In this document: piece by piece, positions 52,929 through 61,834 of the stretch
Position numbering within the stretch: position 1 is the stretch's first letter
Layout: each line of letters opens with the position of its first letter
Origin: Thermosynechococcus sp.
GTDB lineage: Bacteria; Cyanobacteriota; Cyanobacteriia; Thermosynechococcales; Thermosynechococcaceae
Reading direction: 5' to 3'
Length of the DNA: 64,000 nucleotides
Assembly (NCBI RefSeq): GCF_025999095.1
Contig: NZ_AP024678.1
Span: 649,527-713,526 of the forward strand
The notes under the pieces: generated by a model
The model's input: only the letters and a program-made list of their open reading frames with translations
Databases searched by the model: none
What the model was told of the DNA's origin: nothing
Translations under genes and position numbers: made by a program

Positions 52929-55082
52929 CTAAAAACGTTGTTGGGGCGGTTGTAAAATTCGATTTTGGATATTGGGCGGCATACTGCCCGGCGTGGGCGA
53001 GTACTGGTAGCCAAATTCGGCATTCTGCGTATCATCAATAATCTTCGGTGTTACCATCACCACCAGTTCATTACGTTGACGGGCGTTGGTTTCCCGGCGG
53101 AAGAGTCGCCCCAGGAGGGGAATATCGCCTAGGATGGGAATTTTCGTAACTGTTGAGCGATCCTGATCTTGGATGATCCCCGCCAACATCAATGTCTGGC
53201 CATCGCGCAGGCGGATCCGCCCTGACTCCATCCGCCGTTGTGACAGAAGCGTTCCCGTAGATGGGTTTGCTACCCCCGGAAAGACGACCGAATAGGTGCC
53301 ACTCGGAGCACTCACCTCAGGAGAGAGTTGCAACGTAACGAAGCCATTGTCGTCAATTTGATCCACTGTGACATTGAAAATCACCCCTGCAGGTCGAATG
53401 ATGGGTCGAATTGTCTGAGACTGAAGGGCTGCCCCTGACCCTGTCCCCTGAGCTTCAACAGTGGATTCAATCCCTGAGAAAATCTCTTGAGTCAAATTGA
53501 CCTGGGCAGCACTGCCCTCTTGAATTACAAGGGTTGGGTTAGTGAGGATTGTCGCATTCCCTGTGTCAATAGCCAATTGAATTTGGGCAAAAAAGTCACT
53601 AAGGAAATTACCCACTGGCGTGCCAGGAACGGGAGGTAAAGGTGTAGGGGTCAAACCACCAACATTGGGCGTGGTACCACGGATAACGCTGAGTCCATCA
53701 GCGCTGAAGATAGCTCCCCAAAGACTGCTACCAAAGTTAGTGATTAAGTCTGCATTTGCTCTCTGGCCGCGCAGTAGATTAACGTCAATAAACTTGACGT
53801 TGACCATCACCTGTCGCTTGCGGATATCAAACTGCTGAATGAGCTGGGTGGCAATTTCTACTTTGCGGGGTGTGCCAATGAGGGTGATGGTGTTCGTACG
53901 AGGATCGCCAACGACCTCCAAACCCTTTAAGAGGGTACTACGGCAAATTTGACTGACAACGCCACCGGCTGCAGATGGGACCTGAAGCTGCTCACAGCCC
54001 GTTGGCGCTTGTCCTGTATCAGGCAAGTTGGCACCATACATTTCCAACAACTGCACAGCACCCAACTGTAAGTCACCCTCACGAGTTCGAGTTTCACGGT
54101 TGAGGGCTGTTTGAGCAGTCGTTGAGGCTTGGGCACCAGCGCCGCCGGCAGTGCCAATAGTACCTCCCGTTTGCGCAACGGAGCTAATTTCCCGTGTGGT
54201 TGAACCCGCACCGAAGACTCGCATTTGATTCAAACGAATGGTGCGAACAATACGGTTTTGGGCATCGGGAGGCAAAGCTTGACCAATAAAGATGGTGCGG
54301 CCTTGGCGATTGGCTTTGAGGTTGGTGACCCGCAGCACGTAGTTGAACACATCTTGGACGGATTCGTTTTCAATGTCGAGGGAGATAGTTGGCCCGCCAG
54401 TCGTGCCCCCTTCGGGAAAGACCACGTTCAGATTGACTGCCCGCGCCAACAGAGAAAGCACTTCCCGCACGGGGGCTTCCCGCAGGAGTAAGCGGGGAAT
54501 CCGCTGATTTGTGCCCAGTTGAATGACATCGGGCTCTGCGTTCAGAGGACTAATGAGCATATCTCCGACAGGTGGTGGCACCGGCCGTGGCAGAAAGGGA
54601 GGAACGGCACTGGGGCCGGGGGGTATGGCTGTGGGTTGGCCAGTGGGAGCAACTTGGGGACCGGCGGGGCCTTGAGCCGTAATGAAGTTAATTTGCAGGC
54701 CAGCGCGTCCTTCGCGGATGACCTCACCAATGGGGGCCGCACTAATGCCATTCACGGTGACGCGGATGGTTTTAGCATCCAGTTGCACCACCTCGACGGC
54801 GGAGATACCGGGAGCGGGGTTCTCTTGGCGGAAAGCACCCCCTTGGGGTAGGCGCAGTTGGCTATTGGCAATGTCGGCGATGGAGGTATTGCCACGATTG
54901 ACAGTGAAAACGGCTGGCCGTAGATTCCCCTGCACGTTAAAAAGGAGCTGGATACCGTTAGCAGCAGTCACAAGGCGAATGCCGGTAATTTCTGTGGCTG
55001 CGGCCCAAGTGGGTGTTTGACCTGCAGCAATGAGGGCCGTTGTGGCCACCCCTAAACCGAGACGATGTAAAAGCTGACTCAC
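52929..55082 (-). CDS. pilQ: type IV pilus secretin PilQ with an N-terminal AMIN domain
   Basis: A signal peptide, an AMIN-like region (ITGIRLVTAANGIQLLFNVQG), and the secretin C-terminus LMLAGIIQDQDRSTVTKIPILGDIPLLGRLFRRETNARQRNELVVMVTPKII. Confidence 0.92.
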   Translation of the reverse strand: MSQLLHRLGLGVATTALIAAGQTPTWAAATEITGIRLVTAANGIQLLFNVQGNLRPAVFTVNRGNTSIADIANSQLRLPQGGAFRQENPAPGISAVEVVQLDAKTIRVTVNGISAAPIGEVIREGRAGLQINFITAQGPAGPQVAPTGQPTAIPPGPSAVPPFLPRPVPPPVGDMLISPLNAEPDVIQLGTNQRIPRLLLREAPVREVLSLLARAVNLNVVFPEGGTTGGPTISLDIENESVQDVFNYVLRVTNLKANRQGRTIFIGQALPPDAQNRIVRTIRLNQMRVFGAGSTTREISSVAQTGGTIGTAGGAGAQASTTAQTALNRETRTREGDLQLGAVQLLEMYGANLPDTGQAPTGCEQLQVPSAAGGVVSQICRSTLLKGLEVVGDPRTNTITLIGTPRKVEIATQLIQQFDIRKRQVMVNVKFIDVNLLRGQRANADLITNFGSSLWGAIFSADGLSVIRGTTPNVGGLTPTPLPPVPGTPVGNFLSDFFAQIQLAIDTGNATILTNPTLVIQEGSAAQVNLTQEIFSGIESTVEAQGTGSGAALQSQTIRPIIRPAGVIFNVTVDQIDDNGFVTLQLSPEVSAPSGTYSVVFPGVANPSTGTLLSQRRMESGRIRLRDGQTLMLAGIIQDQDRSTVTKIPILGDIPLLGRLFRRETNARQRNELVVMVTPKIIDDTQNAEFGYQYSPTPGSMPPNIQNRILQPPQQRF

Positions 55083-55176
55083 AATGCTTGACTCCTCACG
55101 AATGCCACCAAACCTACGAAAAGAGAATGCTACTCAGTCCTAAAATAATCTACGCTGCTTCTTTGATTGCCATGCG

Positions 55177-55914
55177 CTATTGCTGTTGTGGTTGCTGCCG
55201 TTGTCCTTGCTGCTCACCTCCTTGGGGCTGCCCCTCCTGGGGCGGGGATGCTAAAGCGGCAATTTCCTCAGGCGTTAGGGGTACATAGGCCATAAGCTTA
55301 AATGTGGTAATCACTTCGCCGGGCTGATCAGCAACGAGTTCCATCGTCAGATTGTTAATAACGAGGAAGTTCTGCTGCTGATCAATTTTTTGCATGACCT
55401 GCAAAATGCTGGGAAATGGCCCTCGAATCGTAACGTTGGTTACCTGTTGTTTTAGTTTGGCATTGAGTTCTGGGCCAAGGGAGCCATCTTGGACAATTCC
55501 TGAAGCTGCACTATCGGGTTCAAAGGTATTGAGTTGGGCGCCACTGGTTAAGATCAGGCGGTTAAGGTCAAGGAGCAGGGTGTCAAGAGCTTTCTGGGTG
55601 GCAAAGAGCGATCGCACATCCCGATTTTCCTGCTTGGCGCGCTCTAACCCCGCAATCACATCATTGAGTTGCTTCAGGAGCACTTCCCGCTGGGAGAGGT
55701 CATTTTCCTGTTGGGCAATTTCTTGCTGTAGCTTGGCGGCTTCCTCGAGCTTGGGGGCAATGAGAAGACTGCCCAGATAGACGGCGGCTCCTAAACCGAC
55801 GAGGGCAATCAATGCCCCACTCACTACGGGTGTCAGGGTGATGCCAAAGACCGTTGGATAATTTGGTGCTGCTTCCTCAACCGGGGGGCCGCCAAAATCG
55901 CCAGTTAGAGTCAT
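55177..55914 (-). CDS. pilO: type IV pilus assembly protein PilO
   Basis: One TM segment, a coiled coil and a ferredoxin-like C-terminus. It occupies the third position in the pilMNOQ order, and its start overlaps the pilN stop by 4 nt. Confidence 0.75.
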   Translation of the reverse strand: MTLTGDFGGPPVEEAAPNYPTVFGITLTPVVSGALIALVGLGAAVYLGSLLIAPKLEEAAKLQQEIAQQENDLSQREVLLKQLNDVIAGLERAKQENRDVRSLFATQKALDTLLLDLNRLILTSGAQLNTFEPDSAASGIVQDGSLGPELNAKLKQQVTNVTIRGPFPSILQVMQKIDQQQNFLVINNLTMELVADQPGEVITTFKLMAYVPLTPEEIAALASPPQEGQPQGGEQQGQRQQPQQQ

Positions 55915-56612
55915 TGCTCTACCACTCCTTTTTCTTTAAGAAATTGAATGCGCGCTACTAGTCCTTCAACACCATTGGCAGCAAGTTGCTCAAGGAGTTC
56001 CGATGCCGGCACGCTGGCGATCGTGGTCTTAACACTAAAGGAAACAGTGGTGATTTTCTCTTCTGCGTTACCACCGGTTGAGCGTTCAGCCTTGATTAAC
56101 TGGGTGGCCTTGCCATCAAAGAAAGGAGAGCGATTTTGCAGGAGCAGTAGAAACTCACTCACGGCATCAAAGGACACCGCTGTTCCTTCGATCGTTAATT
56201 CCTGTGATGCTTCTCCCCCTTGGGTAATTTTGCGAATTTGTACCCCTGCTGGTGTTTGAGTTGCCATACTGCGCATCACCGCTGACCAAGGTTTGACCTG
56301 ATTAAAGACGGTAGCAAGGGCTTTGGTTTCAGCTGCAATTTGCGCTTGCTCTTTTTTAATTTGATCCATACGTTGCAAATCCGGCGAAATTGCGGCAAGG
56401 CGATCTTGAATGGTTTTTTGCTTATTCGCCAGTTGTTGCAGCCAGAGGTTCGCACCCACTGAGCCAAGGAGAGCTAGACCCACAAAGAAGAGGGCGGCAA
56501 TACTACCAATAATAATCGGTACATTACTCATTCCCGCTGCTGTGGTTGTCGCAGCAGCCATCCCCCCCACTGCGGGACGTTCTTTAAGGAGGTTAATCTC
56601 AATTGAGTACAT
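55911..56612 (-). CDS. pilN: type IV pilus assembly protein PilN
   Basis: MYSIEINLLKERP is the conserved PilN N-terminus that binds PilM. It is followed by a single TM segment and a coiled coil. Confidence 0.8.
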   Translation of the reverse strand: MYSIEINLLKERPAVGGMAAATTTAAGMSNVPIIIGSIAALFFVGLALLGSVGANLWLQQLANKQKTIQDRLAAISPDLQRMDQIKKEQAQIAAETKALATVFNQVKPWSAVMRSMATQTPAGVQIRKITQGGEASQELTIEGTAVSFDAVSEFLLLLQNRSPFFDGKATQLIKAERSTGGNAEEKITTVSFSVKTTIASVPASELLEQLAANGVEGLVARIQFLKEKGVVEQ

Positions 56613-56623
56613 AGGGCATGCTC

Positions 56624-57703
56624 CTAAGCGCCACGCAGACTAAGACCAATCACTGTACCGAGGGCAGGACGTTTTTCGAGGGGAATCTCTTCAGGGGTTT
56701 GCAGCCCCAGCAAACTAATGGGGTCAACTAAAGTGGTGGCATAGTTGAGCCGCTGACTAAAAAACTCATCCACTTGACCAATACTGGCACCCGGACCTGC
56801 AAGCAGCAACTGTGAGACCTCTAAGCTCTCCCCTTGGTTCAGGTAAAAGTCAATAGAACGGCGGATTTCATCGGCTAGATCGGAGAGCACGCGCAAAATA
56901 GCGGCACCACTGGGGTTGAGTGCCCCAGTGACATCCATCGGCTCTAGGGGAACAGTCAGATTCTCAATGAGGTCAACGCCCATCGAAGGGGGCAAGTTCA
57001 TGGCACGGCTAATGGCTTCTTGCATCCGTTCCTTGCCAATGGGCACTTTGCGGTTGAACTGGGGAATGCCATCCTTGACGATGCTAATTTCTGTGCCTTC
57101 GTCGCCAATATCAATAATTGCTGCTGCTTCCCCCACAAACTGCTGTAGCGAATCCCGCAGGGTACGCATGAGGGCAAAGTTCGTGACTTCAAGGGCGGTC
57201 AGCTGCAAACCAGCTTGGGTAAAGGCATTGATGTAGGCATCGGTTACCTCGCGGGGTGTACCCACCAACAGGATTTCTACTCGCTCAATGCCATCTTCAT
57301 CCAGGGAGGTTCCCAGCTTTTGGTAATCGACGTCGGCCTCTTCGCGGGGAAAGGGGAGGTAGAGGGGGGCTTCCTGCATGAGCACCACTTCCCGCAATTC
57401 GTAGTCCGGTAATTCAGCAGGCAGGCGAATCACGCGAATCACGGCTTCATTCATGGGAATGGCACTGATCACCTCCTTTTGTTTGATGCGTTTATCCTCA
57501 ATCCCTTGACGGATGGCATCGGCAACGGCGCTGGTGTCAATGATACGGCCTTCTTCAATGGCGCCTTCAGCCAAGGGCACTGAGGCCATGGCTGTCATTT
57601 TTAGACCCTGCTTTTGCCGCTGAATCTGCACGATATTGACCCGCTCTGGGGTGAGTTCAATCCCCAAGCCTTGCTTTGGTTTTGCAAATAGGTTTCCCAG
57701 CAC
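56624..57703 (-). CDS. pilM: type IV pilus assembly ATPase-fold protein PilM
   Basis: Actin-like fold: GIELTPERVNIVQI...IIDIGDEGTEISIVKDG...LLAGPGASI. GTG start preceded by AGGTGA. Confidence 0.88.
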   Translation of the reverse strand: MLGNLFAKPKQGLGIELTPERVNIVQIQRQKQGLKMTAMASVPLAEGAIEEGRIIDTSAVADAIRQGIEDKRIKQKEVISAIPMNEAVIRVIRLPAELPDYELREVVLMQEAPLYLPFPREEADVDYQKLGTSLDEDGIERVEILLVGTPREVTDAYINAFTQAGLQLTALEVTNFALMRTLRDSLQQFVGEAAAIIDIGDEGTEISIVKDGIPQFNRKVPIGKERMQEAISRAMNLPPSMGVDLIENLTVPLEPMDVTGALNPSGAAILRVLSDLADEIRRSIDFYLNQGESLEVSQLLLAGPGASIGQVDEFFSQRLNYATTLVDPISLLGLQTPEEIPLEKRPALGTVIGLSLRGA

Positions 57704-57989
57704 AATATCACCTACCAGTAACGGTCAAGTGTCCATGGACGAAACGACATCAAGAGTCAAGCATAAGGGGTTCACAACAGAGCAGCGCTGCACCTGCGGG
57801 GGTTATGCAAATGCCGCTATTGTTAAAGCAATCATAACCAATGGGCATCGGGTCTTTTCAATGGATTGGTATGGTTTGCAAAGTGTCTTTATGCAAAAGT
57901 GGCGGGCAACCCTGTGGGAATGCAGGACCCCTACTTGTGTACTAGGAAAAACAAAAATGCTCAGAAAAAGGCTAGCTGGTGATGGGGAG

Positions 57990-59219
57990 CTATAAAAGTT
58001 GCCTACAGGCGCGGGCGATCGCCCAATCCTCTTGGCTCTGAACCACGAGAACTTGCACGGAAGCAGTAGGCAGCGCAATGTTACGATCGCCTTTACCCTT
58101 TTCGTTAGCTGTGCTGTCTAACTCAATTCCCAGCCAACCGAGCCCTCGGCAGACATCGCGGCGCACACCTGCGGCATTTTCACCAATGCCTGCCGTGAAT
58201 ACCAACCCATCGAGACCCCCAAGAGCTGGCAAGAGACTGGCAATGCCCCGCTGTAGGGAATAGATAAAACAGTCATAGGCCAACTGGGCTTGGGTATTTC
58301 CCTGATCAATGGCCGCCAAAATCTGCCGCAAATCATTACTCACGCCAGAGACGCCCAACAGTCCCGATTGCCGATTCACCAGCCGATCCAGTTCTTCAAC
58401 CGTCCGACCCCGCCGCAGCAGATAGAGCAAAATTCCCGGATCAATGTCGCCACAGCGCGTCCCCATCATCACTCCCGCTGTCGGGGTAAAGCCCATCGTG
58501 GTTTCCACGGAAACTCCCCCTTTGACCGCAGTCAGGGAACAACCATTCCCGAGATGGCAGGTAATCAGGCGCAACTCTGCTAGGGGACGCTGCAACAGGG
58601 TCGCGGCCCGCTCACTGACGTATTGATGACTAATGCCGTGGAAGCCATAGCGTTGAATACCAGCGGTTGTTAGTTCATAGGGAATGGCGTAGGTGCGTGC
58701 CACTGCCGGCAGTTGGGCATGGAAAGCAGTATCAAACACGGCCACTTGGGGCGTCTGAGGACAAATGTCGGCCATTAATTCCATCCCCAGCAGGTTGGCT
58801 GGATTATGCAGCGGCGCATACTCACTAAATTCGGTAATCGCTGCTTTCACCTGCGCATTCACTCGCACCGGTGCTTGGTAACGGCTACCGCCATGGACAA
58901 CGCGATGACCGATGATCGTAATTTCTGCAAGGCTTTCTAGGAGCTTTGTCTGGCCACTGGTGAGGGTGTCTAGGAGGCTTTTGAGCCAGTCCCGTAGGCC
59001 TAAAATTCCCCCCTCTGGGTGGATTAAGTTGGCTTCATAGCGGTGGTCGGCAGTGGTTACCTTGAGATGCGCCACCGTCGGGTTTTGTCCCCAGTCGAGG
59101 AGACCTTGCCAAAGGGGAGCGGGGGGGGTAGCAGCCGTTGCCCCTATTTCAGGTGCCAACCGATACAAACAGGCTTTGAGGCTACTAGAGCCAGCATTTA
59201 ACACCAGCACCGTGATCAT
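57990..59219 (-). CDS. ackA: acetate kinase
   Basis: ITVLVLNAGSSSLKACLY...IGHRVVHGG...FDTAFH...YGFHGISH...HLGNGCS...FTAGIGEN. Confidence 0.96.
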   Translation of the reverse strand: MITVLVLNAGSSSLKACLYRLAPEIGATAATPPAPLWQGLLDWGQNPTVAHLKVTTADHRYEANLIHPEGGILGLRDWLKSLLDTLTSGQTKLLESLAEITIIGHRVVHGGSRYQAPVRVNAQVKAAITEFSEYAPLHNPANLLGMELMADICPQTPQVAVFDTAFHAQLPAVARTYAIPYELTTAGIQRYGFHGISHQYVSERAATLLQRPLAELRLITCHLGNGCSLTAVKGGVSVETTMGFTPTAGVMMGTRCGDIDPGILLYLLRRGRTVEELDRLVNRQSGLLGVSGVSNDLRQILAAIDQGNTQAQLAYDCFIYSLQRGIASLLPALGGLDGLVFTAGIGENAAGVRRDVCRGLGWLGIELDSTANEKGKGDRNIALPTASVQVLVVQSQEDWAIARACRQLL

Positions 59220-59338
59220 GGCAGGCCAGTCAACGCATCGCCTCTATCCTACCCAAGCGCCTTTGGCTGGTGCAGCGCAGAACACCTTGAGGCGAAAAAC
59301 ATAGCCCTAGAATTGGGACAGGCATTGGGGAAGTTAGC

Positions 59339-61030
59339 ATGTTTTGGCAAAAGCTGAAATGGCGGCGACAGGGTGTGTATCTACTGTTGTTTCTCCTGGG
59401 GGTGTTGATTGCGGCAGTGGTGCTTACCCAATTGCGATCGCACCCGATTATCCGCCCTTCCCTAAACCCGCTGCCTCAACATCCGCAAATCGCGGTACAC
59501 ATGAACCATTCCCAAGCCCACAGCTACCAAGAACCCTATCGCCCCTATACCCGTGCAGGCGAAGACCTTGAGGCCATCATGATTGAGCAGATTGCCAAAG
59601 CACAAAAGACCATTGATGTGGCGGTGCAGGAGTTTCGTCTACCAAATTTGGCAAAGGCTCTCGCAGCACGGCAGCAGGCAGGCGTACGGGTACGGGTGGT
59701 TATGGAGAATACCTACACTGCCCCCTGGGCAAAATACAGTGCGGCTGAAGTGAGTGCCATGGATCCAAGGATGCAGGAGCGCTATAACGACTGGAAAACG
59801 CTTGTGGATACCAACGGCGATGGTCAACTCAGTGCAGCGGAACTGAGCGATCGCGACGTGCAGACCATTCTCAACAAGGCGAAGATTCCTTGGATAGATG
59901 ATACGGCCGATGGCTCCAAGGGCAGCATGCTCATGCACCACAAATTTATCGTCATTGACAATCGCCAAGTCATTGCCACCACTGCCAACTTTACCCTCAG
60001 CGATATTCACGGAGACATAGGACGACCCGATACCCGTGGCAATGCCAACTCCCTCTTAGTAATTGACAGCCCGGCTGTGGCGCGCCTATTTACAGAGGAA
60101 TTTAACCTCCTGTGGGGGGATGGTCCTGGGGGTAAACCCGATAGTCGCTTTGGGGTCAACAAGCCCGTGCGTCCTCCCCAACAAGTCGCTGTTGGCGATG
60201 CCAGGGTCACGGTGCGCTTTTCCCCCACCCCAAGCTCGCAACCTTGGTCGGTGTCCACGAATGGATTAATTGGTCAAATCCTTCGTCAGGCTCGCCAAAA
60301 AATTGATATGGCGCTTTTTGTCTTGTCAGATCAGGAGTTGTCCTACGTGCTGGAGGAACGCCATAACCAAGGGGTTGCCATTCGCGCCCTCATTGACTCA
60401 GGATTTATCTACCGTGACTTTAGCGAAGCTTTGGACATGATGGGCGTGGCCATGGCCAATACAGCCCAAGTCCGACGGGGAAAGTGCTTCTACGAAGCCG
60501 GCAACCGCCCCTGGCCAAACCCAATTCAGACGGTGGGAACGCCCCTACTGCCGGAGGGGGATAAGCTGCACCACAAGTACGGCGTAGTGGACAATCGCAC
60601 GGTGATTGTGGGTTCCCACAACTGGTCAGAGGCGGCCAACCGCGGTAACGATGAATTTTTGCTGGTCATCGAGCATCCGACGGTTGCAGCCCACTACGAA
60701 CGGCAGTTTGAACGGCTCTATAGCCACAGTCGTCTCGGTCTGCCGCAATTCATTCGCGATCGCCTCCAGCAACAGTTGACCGCCTGTGGCGGTAAGATTG
60801 CCACCCGACCCGCTGCCGCAAATCGTGCCCGCCCGCCTAGCGCGCGGGTCAATTTGAACACGGCGACCGCCACCGAACTGGAGACCCTGCCGGGCGTCGG
60901 CCCAAAACTAGCGGCCGAAATTATCCGTACCCGCGAGCAAAAGCCTTTTAATTCCTTGGCGGATCTAGATGCCGTCCCCGGTGTTGGGCCGAAGCTCCTA
61001 GACCGCTTGCGCGATCGCGTGACCTGGTGA
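59339..61030 (+). CDS. comEA: membrane-anchored phospholipase-D-family (HKD) nuclease-like protein fused to a ComEA-type helix-hairpin-helix DNA-binding domain
   Basis: TM anchor GVYLLLFLLGVLIAAVVL and two HKD motifs (LMHHKFIVIDN, then LHHKYGVVDN..VGSHNWS). There is an EF-hand-like loop DTNGDGQLSAAE and a C-terminal VNLNTATATELETLPGVGPKLAAEII...LDAVPGVGPKLLDRL. Confidence 0.75.
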   Translation: MFWQKLKWRRQGVYLLLFLLGVLIAAVVLTQLRSHPIIRPSLNPLPQHPQIAVHMNHSQAHSYQEPYRPYTRAGEDLEAIMIEQIAKAQKTIDVAVQEFRLPNLAKALAARQQAGVRVRVVMENTYTAPWAKYSAAEVSAMDPRMQERYNDWKTLVDTNGDGQLSAAELSDRDVQTILNKAKIPWIDDTADGSKGSMLMHHKFIVIDNRQVIATTANFTLSDIHGDIGRPDTRGNANSLLVIDSPAVARLFTEEFNLLWGDGPGGKPDSRFGVNKPVRPPQQVAVGDARVTVRFSPTPSSQPWSVSTNGLIGQILRQARQKIDMALFVLSDQELSYVLEERHNQGVAIRALIDSGFIYRDFSEALDMMGVAMANTAQVRRGKCFYEAGNRPWPNPIQTVGTPLLPEGDKLHHKYGVVDNRTVIVGSHNWSEAANRGNDEFLLVIEHPTVAAHYERQFERLYSHSRLGLPQFIRDRLQQQLTACGGKIATRPAAANRARPPSARVNLNTATATELETLPGVGPKLAAEIIRTREQKPFNSLADLDAVPGVGPKLLDRLRDRVTW

Positions 61031-61050
61031 TCGCTGCTCTTTTTGCTCTC

Positions 61051-61563
61051 CTAGTAGGTCACAAGGCTAGTAATAGGCACATCAGGAAGCTTTTGCCGTC
61101 CTCCTAGGTCCGTTAGTTCAACAATAAAAGCAAAGCCATGGAGTTCTGCCTGTGCTTTTTGGATAAGACCGGCGGCAGCAGCAGCAGTGCCCCCTGTGGC
61201 AATCAAGTCATCAACAATGAGCACCCGCCGCCCTGGCTCTACGGCGTCTTGATGCATTTCTAAGCGATCGCGCCCATACTCTAGCTCATACTCTACCGCA
61301 TAGACAGGAGCACAGAGTTTACCCGGTTTGCGCAAAGGAATGAAACCTGCCCCCAAGTGATAGGCCAAGGGCGCACCAAAAATAAAGCCCCGGGACTCGA
61401 TCCCAGCCACATAGTCAATGCCGGTGTTAGCATGTTTTTCTACCAATTGATCAATAACGTAGCGCAGCCCTGCCTGATTTTGCAGCAGCGTGGTTAAATC
61501 TCGAAACAAAATGCCCGGCTTAGGGAAGTCTGGGACATCGCGAATTAGGGACTTGAGATCCAT
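61051..61563 (-). CDS. apt: adenine phosphoribosyltransferase
   Basis: [27 protein letters not shown]...[10 protein letters not shown]...[14 protein letters not shown]. Confidence 0.96.
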   Translation of the reverse strand: MDLKSLIRDVPDFPKPGILFRDLTTLLQNQAGLRYVIDQLVEKHANTGIDYVAGIESRGFIFGAPLAYHLGAGFIPLRKPGKLCAPVYAVEYELEYGRDRLEMHQDAVEPGRRVLIVDDLIATGGTAAAAAGLIQKAQAELHGFAFIVELTDLGGRQKLPDVPITSLVTY

Positions 61564-61834
61564 AGGTAATCAGGTTCCAACCATTCCAGAAGCATCCTAT
61601 CTAACTTTGAGCCTGGATGACTCAGGGAGTGGAATAAAAGCCGCCCCTTCAGGCGTGTAAATAATCCTTAACTGCCTACACAGGCCCTCCAAAAGCCGCC
61701 AAGGAGTCTCTCAGATGCAAATCAAACATTCAAAGTGATATAAAGAAATCTATACTTAAGCTCAATTTAGATTAGCCTTGGATTTACGATAGAAAGAAAA
61801 AAGGTTAAGCCAAGAGAAACAAGAGAACAAGTCA

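Noticed and set aside
57731-57995. An ORF that almost exactly fills the pilM-ackA spacer on the plus strand. It is part of the 119-aa ORF at 57636..57995 and is Cys-containing (CTCGG...ECRTPTC)
   Set aside because: It has no Shine-Dalgarno sequence. It is rich in AGA/AGG/ATA/CTA codons that the confident genes in this window avoid, and it overlaps the ends of both neighbours. The region is more likely the pilM promoter and ackA terminator.
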